A program made the translations under genes and the position numbers. DNA of 64,000 nt, taken from Fimbriosthenelais zetlandica (taxonomy: Eukaryota). Each line of letters starts with the position of its first letter. Position 1 is the stretch's first letter. Shown piece by piece: positions 26,027 to 38,584 of this stretch. The notes beneath the pieces were generated by a model. It made no database searches. It saw only the letters and a list, made by a program, of their open reading frames with translations, and was not told the origin of the DNA. The stretch is from contig OZ365113.1 of the NCBI GenBank assembly GCA_977030845.1, positions 12,958,001-13,022,000 of the forward strand, read 5' to 3'.

Positions 26027-29000
26027 TGGGAGGCTGGTTGTGTCTATTAATATCCATTAATTACAGAGGCAGTTGGTTGGAATCGACCCATCAATGGAGA
26101 GATGTCAGCAGAGAAGAAATATCTGAAGATCATTAGTGTGATGAGAAGTTAATTACTGATAACGGAGAGAGGGAAGTTGTCTCAGCATACTACGTAATTA
26201 GAGAGTATGCTACATAGGGAAGAAAAGCTGATGAAAGGTTTGAGGGTTTCGCTCCCATTGATCCCTTCAAAAGATCCATGTTTTGTCTCCAAAAAGAGGG
26301 ACAGCTTTTCAGACGCTGATCACATTGATGGGTGGACTTTTACAGAGGCTCTATTATAAAGACAGGGGCTTGCTGATTAATGTAAAATACAGAGTCATGC
26401 AATGAGCCGTTTCCAACCAATATATTGATGGTAAAGGCTTTGATGAAAGCATTACGTGACTGACAAGAATGATTGAGCGGATGGGCTACCATACCATTAA
26501 TAAGAACTGTACTGATAAAAGACAAAAAGGGGCATTCATGTATACATGCATCTAGTATATAATTTACATGAAAAATGCGGGGGGGATTGTTGACATACAT
26601 GATAATGAAGTGTCATAGCGATCAAATGTAAATTTGCTGTGCATCAACATTACCGACAATTCTCAGCAAATTTGATTCATTTATACCATTTACGACGATA
26701 ATTAATAGGAAAAAGTATTTTTCGGACAAAAGGTCTATAAAAGTATGGCTGAACCGTGAATGTTTAATGCATTTGCTGAATGAAGCAAGTACCAAAAACG
26801 GGACTAATAATGCAGCCAATGTACAAACAGTAATGGAGGACATTTCGGGGTTCTATTCCTGACACGTAGCTCAAATTTCTTATCCCATCATGGCGTTAAG
26901 CTACATCACTTTACGGTTTTGCTGACAAAAATGTCTTCCTAATTAGGTTACATCCAATGCCTCTCCTTGTTATCACAAATGAGTACATGCCCGTCAGGCA
27001 GAGAAAGCAAGTTCAAAACTAACTTGCATTATCATCTTTCATATCCATATATTCAACAACATCCCAACAAGTATACAACTGGGCTTCAATTAGCCCAATT
27101 ACATTTGGTCAAAATTTAACGAGTTAACTAACAGCTGAATAAAAAAAACCCAATAACAATCGTTTGAGTTTTGAGGCAAGATTTCTACGCATTTTCAACG
27201 ATAATATGAAGATATATATAAGATAAATCTATTTGAGTTGGTTTGATCTCTCCCTACATGAACCTAACTGTCCTCACCACACCCAGGAACCATTTTACCT
27301 CTTATCCCTCTCCACCCCTTATCCCCTACCTCTATACCCCCGCCACCCGGCCATTTACCAAACAACCTCCCCCCAACATAAGAGCCAATCCCAAGTAAGG
27401 CCAATGAAATACCGTTGATAAAATCGGCGAAATTGACCATCTATAACCCAAGTTTCTCTGGCTCTGTGACATGATGGCTCTGCAAGATGAATATCTCCCA
27501 ATGAAATTGGGAACGTGGGGTCGGATAGACGCATAAACAATCCCCCTATAGATATACACCATACACCGATCAATAGAGGCCCCAGCCTCTGCTCCCGTCA
27601 GATTGGTTTTTTGTATATGAATATACAGAACCAGTCATTTCTAATCCATTCACATACATGGTGCACTTCCATATTATGCAGGTTCATGGACACCATTGGA
27701 AGAGAGTGAAAATATCCAAGACATGGAATTTTCAACACGGTGAAATGGGTGTACGCTTGGTAAGCCAGGGGTGTACATAATGCAAAATCAATGGGCACAC
27801 TCCAATGGGATTGACATGGGGCGCATGAAGATATTTCGTTACAACAAGCACCAATTCCACTTCAAAAGTGCTCGGCCTTTCTTAGGGATGAAGACAGAAA
27901 ATATGCCTGTGGGTTGCCATGGAAACAGGAGATGATCGATGGGTGCTGATGCACCGGTCATTTTGAAAGACACAAATATCAAAGTGGGACTGATTGGCTC
28001 CCACAAATCGGACACGATGCAATTCAAGAAAGCGATCTTGTCATTATGAATGACGTACTTAATTCCTCGTTACTCCTGTAGAGGGCAGACGGGCTCGATA
28101 TATGGGCTCTGCAGGGGGAAAAATGGAATTAGCCGCGGGATTGTTTGCTCTGAAAAAGAGCATGGGGTTTTCCATGGGAGCACTTGTCTACTCAAATAAC
28201 GTTCACTGACTATGAATGTCGGTAATCAGATGAACGCTTCACATGACGTAGCTGATCGAGACATGGTCTCCTTAGTCAGACGGAGGGCATTGTCAAAAAC
28301 AATAAATACTTAGATCTCAAGAAGCAGAAGAAGAGATATATATACAAGAGTATATGATTCCAGATGCCATGTGAAATGGTTAAATATTAATGACTCAAAC
28401 TAAATAATAAGTTATGAGAATGGCGAGGGAGAAACGACTTATAGGAGGTTGACCTTGGTAAAGTGATGACAGCATCAGTGAAATAAAACCTCGTAAAAAG
28501 GGACTGGATCCCAATAGGAGAAAGTAAATCCGAGATGAAATAAATAGGGACGTCGTTGACTTGTTCCACAGAACTTCATTGTCAGCTTTCCTTACAGAAG
28601 AGAAGGAAACCTCTCTCAGGAGGAGCTGTTCACAAAAGCAGATCTAGACTGACTGGAATTTTATGTAGATTATGGGACGCACACACGGGTCAATACACAA
28701 TGAATGATGAAGGCTGTATTTCCTCTAGTTCCTGGCAGAACATGATGGGGATGTAAAGGATGATCAAAGTAGAGGGGCCTTCTAGAAGCCGGCACGATAC
28801 ATTAGGGTGGTTCAGAGGAAACGTCCGGGCCCAAGCTTTTACCGCCTCAGGCCAGCGCACAAGAGCCTAAATCCAAGGCAATATACAGAGGCAGGGAATA
28901 CATAATACCTAATGGCGACATCCCCTTCTATATTGGAATATGCTTGAGCTTTTATCATGAGAATCGGAGAGCGAAGTGTCTCTTGTGTTTCTCCGTCAAT

Positions 29001-30669
29001 CAGATGCTAAGATTCACCTATAAAGTAGTATAGGGAAATTGGTCTAAAAGCATGGTTGCTCATTACGGGGCAGAACACCAATTATTCTGTTTACCTCGAA
29101 ATCATATTTTTAAGAATTTTGTTTGTGCTCGGTCTTTAATCTAATTCAAACTGAACGCTGCAACTGGTGAGAGAGGATGGGTGTTAATCTGGAGTGGCCC
29201 TGTCCGCTGGTTTCAGCAGGAAGATGAGATGGTGGCAATATGAGATACATCATTGCAGGTAGTCTGGGGGCTTTGAAGATGAGAACTTATATGTCCAGAA
29301 AGTATACACTTCTGACCTTTCAATATCTCATCCAACTTCCACCTGGTCTGCATAGACGAAATCTGAGAAAGACTAGAGAAAATGGACCAGTATCGGTTAA
29401 GTTGAACAAACCCCCTCACGGCCCGCGGCATCATTCGCGACCTTCATTTATCAAGGTAAAATTTTATAGCAAAAATGTCAACTCAGCGTTTCTATATATA
29501 GTTGTATATAGTTTCGAAGATAGATATACTAATTCCACAACAAAATGATGGCTATTTTCATCAGGGGATTTAGACAGACATTCATATAAATAGGCTGGAA
29601 GCCCTTGCTTTTGATGGCAGAAAACGATTTCCAATATAGAACAAGAAAGGAAGTTAATGAAATCAATTTCCGTTTCACAAAAGTCATCTAATAATGTAAC
29701 AGGCAGGTCCTTTGAAGTGGCCATCTTCATCCATTCGTAACCACTCAATGCGACTGGACGCAATGTCATATTACGCGACAGAAGGAACATCAAAACTGAG
29801 AATATCGATAAGGAAATAAATCAAGGTCTATCCGAGAGTGCCGCTGGCATCAGTTGTCTCGTCCTTTTCTTTGAGATGGATCGTGATGGATACATTTCAT
29901 GACGCAAGGATCAAGGAGCGCTCCGCTCCACTGACTATGTTCAGAAGCACCAGATACCATTCACTCCACAAAGATGATATAGTTCTAGTATTGCGCCAGT
30001 CCTATTCATCTCAACTATATTCCTGATTTCAAGTCTATACTTTACTATTGATTTCTCGAGGTAGAAAGCATTTCCGTCCAACTGCTTTTTACCACTTTAT
30101 TGTTGTGGAACCCATGAATTTTCCTCTCCCTTTGAAAAGAGGGTAGAGTGCAATTCGATTCCTATCAATGGAAGGCAATCTATTTTATCAAAGAAAGGGG
30201 GCTGTAAAAAGGAATATTGGGGCAGACATTTTGCGGCAAGTCAATTTCCTCCATTCACTTAATGGCAAAAGCACTGCTTTGAGGGTGGACGTCAGCTTGT
30301 ATTGTATACTGCACATTTATCCTCTCAAAAGAGAGCCTATTCATAAACATGGCGAGTAAAAGATACCAGTAAAGGATGGTCATTATTAAATTGACAAATA
30401 TAGTCAGCAATATGATGTGTTCAAAACTTCTGTAAAGGAATGAAATATGAGACCTATTGTGTGGCCATGCACATCTATTTTATAACAGAAAAATTGGAAT
30501 ATTATATATCCGATACCATCAATGTTAGATAGAGAGGTGAAACATTCGAGAAAACTGAATTATAATTAGATGTTGCAAAATGATGCAGCCATCCACTTAT
30601 AAGAAACTTATAATATAAAATGAGTGCATCTGTGACCACGACTAAGTCTATAATCCATATAATTATGTG

Positions 30670-30737
30670 ACTCACCTTCAATGACATTTTTGGACAGGCA
30701 ATAATTGACACTTACCTGGAAAAAACAAGACAAAGAG
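30670..30737 (-). other. Candidate recursive splice site with 40-nt cryptic RS-exon
   Basis: Minus strand: ctctttgtcttgttttttccag|GTAAGT (junction 30716/30715); second consensus donor GAAG|GTGAGT after 30676. Confidence 0.65.
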
Positions 30738-33700
30738 ATGTTAAATATATATACCAAACACCAACTATAGGATTGCTAAATTAGTTATAGATTATACATG
30801 CGTGTATATACATATAACACAGACATATTGTATTATGTCAGAGTACTGTGATTCCAAGAAAAAATATATATAGACTCTGCATGATGAGAGTATTCTACGA
30901 GCGCCTATTTGTTTTCCATATAAATCATTCATTTTGAGTTCTACATTTCTTCATGTACATACGATAAGCATTTGGATTTGTAAATCAATTGATTAACCAA
31001 TATAGATGAAGCTTAATTACTATTGCCAACAGACCATTCAATATTTAACTGTTTCGGAGGGATTGCAAGTCAGTTGTATTGGAATTCAAATTCATTTACC
31101 TTGGTAAAATAGCAAGTATTATGAATGGTCAGAACCGCTTGTATATTAAAAGCACCGGTGCTATACATGTTCTTTTGTTTTGATATTTCAGATATTTCAC
31201 CAATGAGTTCATTGCATGTTCCCTACATCCCTCAACATCCACTGAGAAGGTGCTACAAATGCTTCAAGACGGGATGAATGTGCAAATCTCGTGTCCCATT
31301 TATTTCAATCGAGCAAAAGATGACTTCAAAGGCCTCTGATGACGGGCTTTCTTACGGAGGCCATTGAGAGATTAGTTGCATTTTAGAAGTGATGAACTAA
31401 GGAGGGAACGAGGCACAATTAGAGGGATCATGGAATTAGGGAATGCATCACTCAGAGAGTGGCTCATGTTGATGTGATATACTGGCATTTCCACCCCTTG
31501 ACAAGTAATTAAAACCAACGGAAAGCGAGATAGAGGGTAGCTGCCATATACTGTGTCTTCTCGGAGATTGATTATCTAGTGGCAATAGAAGGCTTGGTCT
31601 TTAGGGGCTATGATAGATGAGAGAATTGACAGTAAAACAAGCCCAAAATTACTTTTGGAACCTGAATAATGATATGGTTGATTAGAGCTGTGCATGTGTA
31701 TAAGGTATTCACATCAAGTATATCAGTGGGCTGATTTTCCTCAGCTGTCACTTCTAAAATTAAAGTAATCAGCGGGAATGGATTGACCTAGGATCAGTAG
31801 CAATTAAAAAGACATATATCTGAAGGAATGGTTTTGATCGTTATCGAGGCTGATAATTAATTGGATTCATTTTGACACATTCGTGATTAAAATATCTATT
31901 CGAAGATAGGAAAATGTTATCATTTGTTCGATTTGAAGCCATCATCTTCAAAACAGCTAGATCATGATCAAGATTCCCAAAAGCTTGGAAATTATTTATT
32001 ACTGAGGATTCATAAGGATATGCAAGGTAAATAATGGCTCCACATAAATAGCTGCAGCCTCTATTCAAACACTTAGTTGAAAATAGTTTCAAAATTTATA
32101 TGTCTAATTCTTCAGTAAATTGAGAACATAATATTCCACTCGGGCTGAGATTAGAGTACATTAAGTGCTTCATAAGCGAGACGATCAACAGTAATTTGAG
32201 CAGAGAATGGAAGCTTTAGATGTACTTAATTCAAACTTCAATTTGTACTGCACTCTTCCACTGCCTGTCTACATAAAGTTCCATCTGAATGTCTTGTCTG
32301 CACGAATCAAATTTCCTGACCACGATGGCTATCTCAGCGAGTCAATAGATCCAGGCCCAGCTAGGATCCCAGCGACTTCCATCAGGACGTATAATTGATT
32401 TACATCGGAAAGAATATTCATTCCTTCTTAAGTAGCAGAATGCATGCTCTAAATCAATCAGGAATCAAAGGAAATGGGATAGCCTGAAATGGGTTAATTC
32501 AATTATGTTTCACCCATTTTTTGGATGGGAGTTTCTATCAAGTAAAATTTAATATCATAATGGGACTTGAGATGTCGCACTTTGGCATTTTCTTGCAAAT
32601 ATTCTTGAATGGAGAATTTAGCATAATTCATTTGGTCTAAAAACGAAATGGGCCTGATATGGAGGTAATGGAAAGTACGATTGTCGAAATTCGTATCCTG
32701 CTTATTCGGGAATTTTTAAAGTCATAATCTTTACATGGAGGGATCAGAAATGATCTTTCGTATTCCTTGTCTTGGTGGTATGGGAGAAGAATGAGCACAG
32801 AGTTAAATAATTGTCACTCATATAAATGGCAAGGAATCTTACATGTATACATATGGAATTGTCTAGAGAACCGAGGACAGATTTTTAAGTACCGAAGGAT
32901 CTAAATACCTACATAAAACCACTGTTAGCGACCAACATTATTTAAACATCCAAATAAAGCCATTAACCATAATGGAGAAACCCCTACACACATGCACTTG
33001 GCATATGGATCAATATATTGTGAGATACATTATATAAAACAGCATATCGCTATCTATTTTATCTTTTTAGAATAAAACATGCCAGGCATATAGCCGACAT
33101 CGTCTTGTTGTATATATCCATATCGTTCTATATAAGGCTTGCTTTATCCATTTATCCATTCCTGATTACCCGAGGCAGAGTTGCTGGGAAAAAGAGAAGG
33201 TATTTTTTCTATTTCATGGCAGAGAGTGTGTTTGATGGGCCATCTATAAAGGTGGGATCTGTCTATACATCAATCACGCTGGGAATATGAATATATTCAG
33301 AAGGGAGGGATTAAATCCATCATGCTTGCTGACAGTGGCAACCAGCCAGAAGGGGGACCAGTAGTCTATTACCCTTGACCCATCTTGTCATATATCCATA
33401 AGTAATTTCTGAAAGAGGATCAATGTCCTTCCAGATCGGTGGAATAGCCAAGAGGCGTGGTTGTAATATTCGATCGAATTTATACAAAGAAATGTACATT
33501 AAAATTCTTGGAAGAATAAGGAACTTCTGAAAAAAAGTCATTGCTTCTGTTCAGACTGATGGATGCGATCTACAGTCACACAATTTCACTGATAAGAGGG
33601 TTCTCCACAGGAAAGAATAAAGTAATAGATTAAGAAAGATTAGGAAAGAATAAACATCAATTTTGCTCTAGCTTTCATGAATATTTGTGAAAATAGAAAG

Positions 33701-35679
33701 GAAAGCAAACTGCATGTTTCAAATTTCCTCTGATGACTTAATAATTTAAACAAGGGAAATTACATTTCAGGGGGGATGGAACACCATCACATATGGCTTT
33801 ATCTGCCAAGATAAAGGCCAGTCTCCAGACAAGCTTATAATGTTAACCACGTAGCTTTATCAAGGAGGGTCCACTTCATTTACAAGACGGCAGGTCAATA
33901 CAGCCCTTAAACTGAAGATTTTCAAGTTTCAACGATTAAAACGCTTCATGTTCATATTCCTCACCAACAATCAAAGGCAAGAGGAAAATTCTAGATCCTT
34001 CTACCCCATAACTGAGAATGGGATCGATGCCGAAGCACTTTAGACAATATCAATTTTGCCATTAGTTGCGGGGTGTGTGTTAAGTGAATGGGCTGGTTCG
34101 GAGGGCCTCAGATGACACACCTCTCTCACCTGGCTTTGATATATCACCTGCCCATCATTAGCACCTTTACTGACAACACTTAAGCGTTGCCCTTTTTCCC
34201 TTTCTCTCCTGTCCCCACTTCAGTCTCTAGTGCTTCTCTTGCAGATTTTAGTAAGTGATAGTCTGATAGATTCCAGTGCAAGAACATCCTCCTCTCTCAC
34301 AAGAGTTAGGTAAATGCCAACATTGTATTGTTTTTTTTTCTATTATAAAATGAAATTATGGGTATGAACCATAGTCTAAAGGAAAGGCATGGTATATCAC
34401 AATTAGGAAAAATCGTATTGTGTTGTGCCATTGAGAAAGACTCCTCAGGCATCATAATGTGCTGAACACACCACTGAGCAATCTGCATGGAATGACACAA
34501 GGTTGAAGAAAGCTAAATCAGAAATTGGACTTCATCTGCTATTTTCCTAATCATCCCCGAACAATAGCCCAGCTATCTCCAATCAGCCCATCTACCTCAT
34601 TCTTTTTGACAACGTCACGTTCCTCTATACGAGCGATTTCCTCTCGTGATTAGAAATTTTCAATTTCAGCTTCGATAATTCAACAAGGCTAAAATACATT
34701 CATCATTTTTTGTTAAATAGTCCACCAGGCATACACAGTAATAGTCATATGACTGAACATGCACCAATACGGACCTGCATAGAACTGCACAGCAGAGAGA
34801 CAGCCATTTTGTTCGGATTATTCATTTCCACTTGAATCGCGACTATACATAGTGGTTGCTTGATAGAATGTTAAGTCACGCGGCAATTCATATTACAAGC
34901 CTAGAAAGATAGAACTCTATATGATAGGACAAACATGGTGAGGCCTGCCTGACCTAGTTCTACAAGGAGCTGCTCCGCCCTTTCTCTGAGTCAATTATTT
35001 CCACAGCGTGCCTGATCCCAAAAACCAACAGAAGAAGGGAGGTGTACAATCGGCTCAATTCCGGTTACATCTATCTTTTGAATGGATTTTAATTTTCTGG
35101 GTAAGAAACTGTTAGAATCTGTTGTGGGGTGCCTCATTTGGAATGCATTGGATATAGGTGGTTAGAATTGCAAATAGAAGCAGGCCAATTATTCACGGCG
35201 ATTGCATAAAAATAATGAGAGGATATTGAGGAATAAGGTAAAATGTCAAATCGAAGTGATACCTTCTCTAACATTGTACTGATGCAAGAGGAATAACACA
35301 AACAAAAGTAGGCCTTATTATAAACATAATTAATTTCTTAAATACAAGAAATTAATTTTCATAAAAGGGATCAACAAGTTATACCAAATTTAGTAAATAC
35401 AACTGAGGCAGACTCAGATAAGAAATAGATTAGCAAAAAGGCAATTGTTGACATGTATTATGTTATTGGGAAAGCAAAGGTAAAAAATAGAACAAAATAG
35501 AGAGTGACTCGTCACCGGAGTGAGGGGTACTGTGCAGTAGGCAAGTTTCAAGGGAAGGCCAAGCATTCTCATATACACCGGACCCTTTATACTTCGAAGG
35601 CAACCTTCTGGCTGCGATAGGGTCAAAGCACTGTAAGCACTGACGCTATAGGGCTTTTTGAGATTAAGCATTTTATGTC

Positions 35680-35711
35680 AGGTCATGTCCAGGTCACATT
35701 TTTATTGACCT
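35680..35711 (+). promoter_or_regulatory. Perfect DR5 nuclear-receptor element plus a third half-site
   Basis: AGGTCA-tgtcc-AGGTCA (35680-35696), then TGACCT at 35706-35711. Confidence 0.4.
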
Positions 35712-37999
35712 TTCAAGGACGTACATGTTTTATATCATTTCAGTGTGAGGATATACGATACACTTCCCATTCCATTCAGAATCGCATAAATGATCTCCTC
35801 AGTTTAAACGTTCCTACCATAGTCCATACTTATGTCACTCTTACAGCCGAATCTACATTGAGCATATCTGATGCATATATAGGCTTAATATTAATGCGGC
35901 TGCATCCCCAAAGTATTAAATTCACATGGGCCTCGGATACTAGGTTAAAGTTTCTTACAAATTGAACAAAAGAGCGTAAGGTGATCTGCTCTGGTATTTA
36001 TGCAAACAATAAAAATGCATCGATTTCTCCATGGCAACGTCAAACATAAATATCAGAGAAGACGAGGCATTGAGTCACGGTTCCAGTAGTTCTCTAATTG
36101 CTTAATGCAATTGATATGACAAAAGAGCAAATCGACCAGATCCAACACTGGTCTTAGAACAAAAGTAGCTATACCCTGATGATTTAGGTGTTGCTGTTTT
36201 CTGATGCTCTACGGCCTATTAATATAGTGATCAGGTTTATTGTTACATTTGCGAGTGGCTCAACTTACATATGTATTTGTCTTGTGTAGTAAATAAAATC
36301 GAGGCTTGATGACTATATGACTATTATGTCTATAACATTGGTTTTATAAAGGAGCTGATTAGACCTGGGTTTCGATTCCAAGTACAACACTAGAGAGACT
36401 AAGAGAATAGTGAATACTTAAGTCTCCATCTCTTGATAAAAAGGGCTCTCAGTGAGCGATTGCGTCTTGGGCCATTCATCCATCAAGTGATGTCTATTTA
36501 CTTTACATACTAAACATCTGCAGGCTAAATGCAGAGCAGGACCTCAACTCCTTGCTGAGCAAATCGCGTCTTGCCTGGAGCCTCGTGGGGTTGCTCGGCA
36601 TGCGTGTTCCTGTCCGGACTAGCCACAACACAAACACTTCATCATTTTACAGCATGTCGTTCCAGCACGACAGAAAATCCCCGTGAAACTTCACTGTCTA
36701 TGATTTACTGTCCATTCCCATCTATACACACCCCAAGTGACATGTCCACTCCTGGGTCTACTTTGTGGGCATTGGTCTTAAAACCAGACCAATGCCCACA
36801 AAAGATTATTATATTCATATATTCCATATATCCTTTCAGGTGGAAAAATTCCTCTCTGAATGGCTCCCATATTGGCATGGTATTTTAGAGGAAGGAGAAG
36901 GGGGGGAATGAGTGGGGTATTGATTGTTTGATGTGACCCGGCCTTGTTTGCCTGATCCCAAAGCAATATGAAATTTGTAGGAGAGGAATATTTTCTTCTT
37001 CTATTTCTATTCTTTGTGGTAGTAATTCGGCAGTGTCAAGCAGACATGCAGACTGGTTCTGCTGGTGAGTATATTTGTGTGGGGGTGGGTGTGTAGTGTC
37101 TAGCTAAGCTATTATGAAGCTGTCACTTTCAATGAGAATCAACGTCAAGTACTATGAAGCAAGTAATGACTTTTAAAGTGACATTCACATCCAGAAAGCC
37201 TGCATCTCACCCTCAGATAAAACACAAAATATTCTTCAATATTTTCCCTTTCACTGTGCAATTTATCTTAATATGTTCAAATTTTAATATTCAATTAATA
37301 TTTTGGTTCCTCCCTATAACAGTGAGATGGGCCAATTCTCTGAAACGATGTTTTTGAAACCCAGAAGAAATAAAGGATTTGAAAATATATATTGAAGATG
37401 ATAGTTCGTACATAAGTTTCACCATCAGCTAGCCATATTCTCCAATGGGAGTACTAAGAAAATTAAATGCTGGAGATTAATTAACACCATTTTTCATAGT
37501 AGAACAAGAATGGGGAACGGCAATAATTTCGCAACAATCTACAGACATTCACAGAGGGGTACTCTGTTTCATTTCTATTATCTACAGACAATCGCAGCAA
37601 GGGAATTCAGCAGTGCCGAGGTAACTATTGCCGAAAGCGAAATCCATGAAATTACACTCTCAGAGAACTATTTTTCTCCCAAGTTATTCAAAGGATTTTC
37701 TAGACACTCAACAGATCTTTTCTTGGGTACTGAGTACTAACACCTTTCATGGTTCTATCAACATTGTAAGCAGAATACAAAATCGGCTGAGAACAAATGT
37801 GTAGCAATGGTAATGAAATAGTATGCAGTGCATTTACGTACATTTGTACTTCCATAATTTGTTTAAAACCATTTCCTAATGAGCACAAAACATATGTTCG
37901 CAAAGGACAAAAGCATGTATACATATAATGTCATTGAATCATTGTCATCAATTGGCTTCCCGCATTCTTCCGTCGGACAATTCCTTGAGAGGAACTTAC

Positions 38000-38584
38000 C
38001 CATTTTTGGAAGTGGTTGTTGTAGACCGGGGGAGGATACATGACATGGGGGCTATTCATTGTCCCTGCGGCAGCCGCTGCTCTCTGCTGTTGCTGCTCTT
38101 GGTGTCTCTGTTGTTGCAGAAGCTGTTGCCTGTGGTCAATCTGTGCCTGATTTGTCACCTCCTGTGTTTCTCGCTGTTGGGGTAAGATGGCTGCCACTAA
38201 TCCCCCTCCACCATCGCCCGCCCCGACGGCTGGGGGTGGCTGAGGGCCGGCTGTAGCCTCCACCACTACTGTTGTTGAGATACAAAAGGTCCCAAGCACT
38301 CCCGTACTACTTCCTCCTCCACCACCACCACCTTCACCTCCTACAGTTCCCTGGTTGGAGTCTTGCTGGAGATTATGATGGGGATATGTCTGAGGGTGTT
38401 GTTGCCCTTGCTGTTGGGAATAGTCCTGCACTGAGAAGGCTTTCTGGGGTGGAGGGTGAGTGACAGAGGTAGCACAGGTGGGCTGCGTGTAAGGTAAGAG
38501 TTGCTGATCGGGATACTGGCCAGGTGAGGAGAGGGGGTTAGCCACACCGCCTCCCACTCGGCCGAGGCGCGCTACTTGATTCAT
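38000..38584 (-). CDS. First coding exon (195 codons, phase-0 end) of a large minus-strand gene; Q/G/P-rich low-complexity N-terminus ending MNSPHVMYPPPVYNNHFQKW; product unidentified
   Basis: GC-rich 230-codon ORF with polyQ/polyG/polyA; consensus donor TGG|GTAAGT at 38000/37999; acceptor ctgactctttgtatccgcattatctgttag| before 38635; first in-frame ATG at 38584. Confidence 0.75.

Noticed and set aside
29213-30026. Protein-like ORFs of 60-110 aa
   Set aside because: Stops on both sides, no motifs or splice sites; length is within random expectation for 64 kb
37928-38547. Plus-strand and alternative-frame ORFs over the Q-rich exon
   Set aside because: Shadows of the GC-rich coding exon
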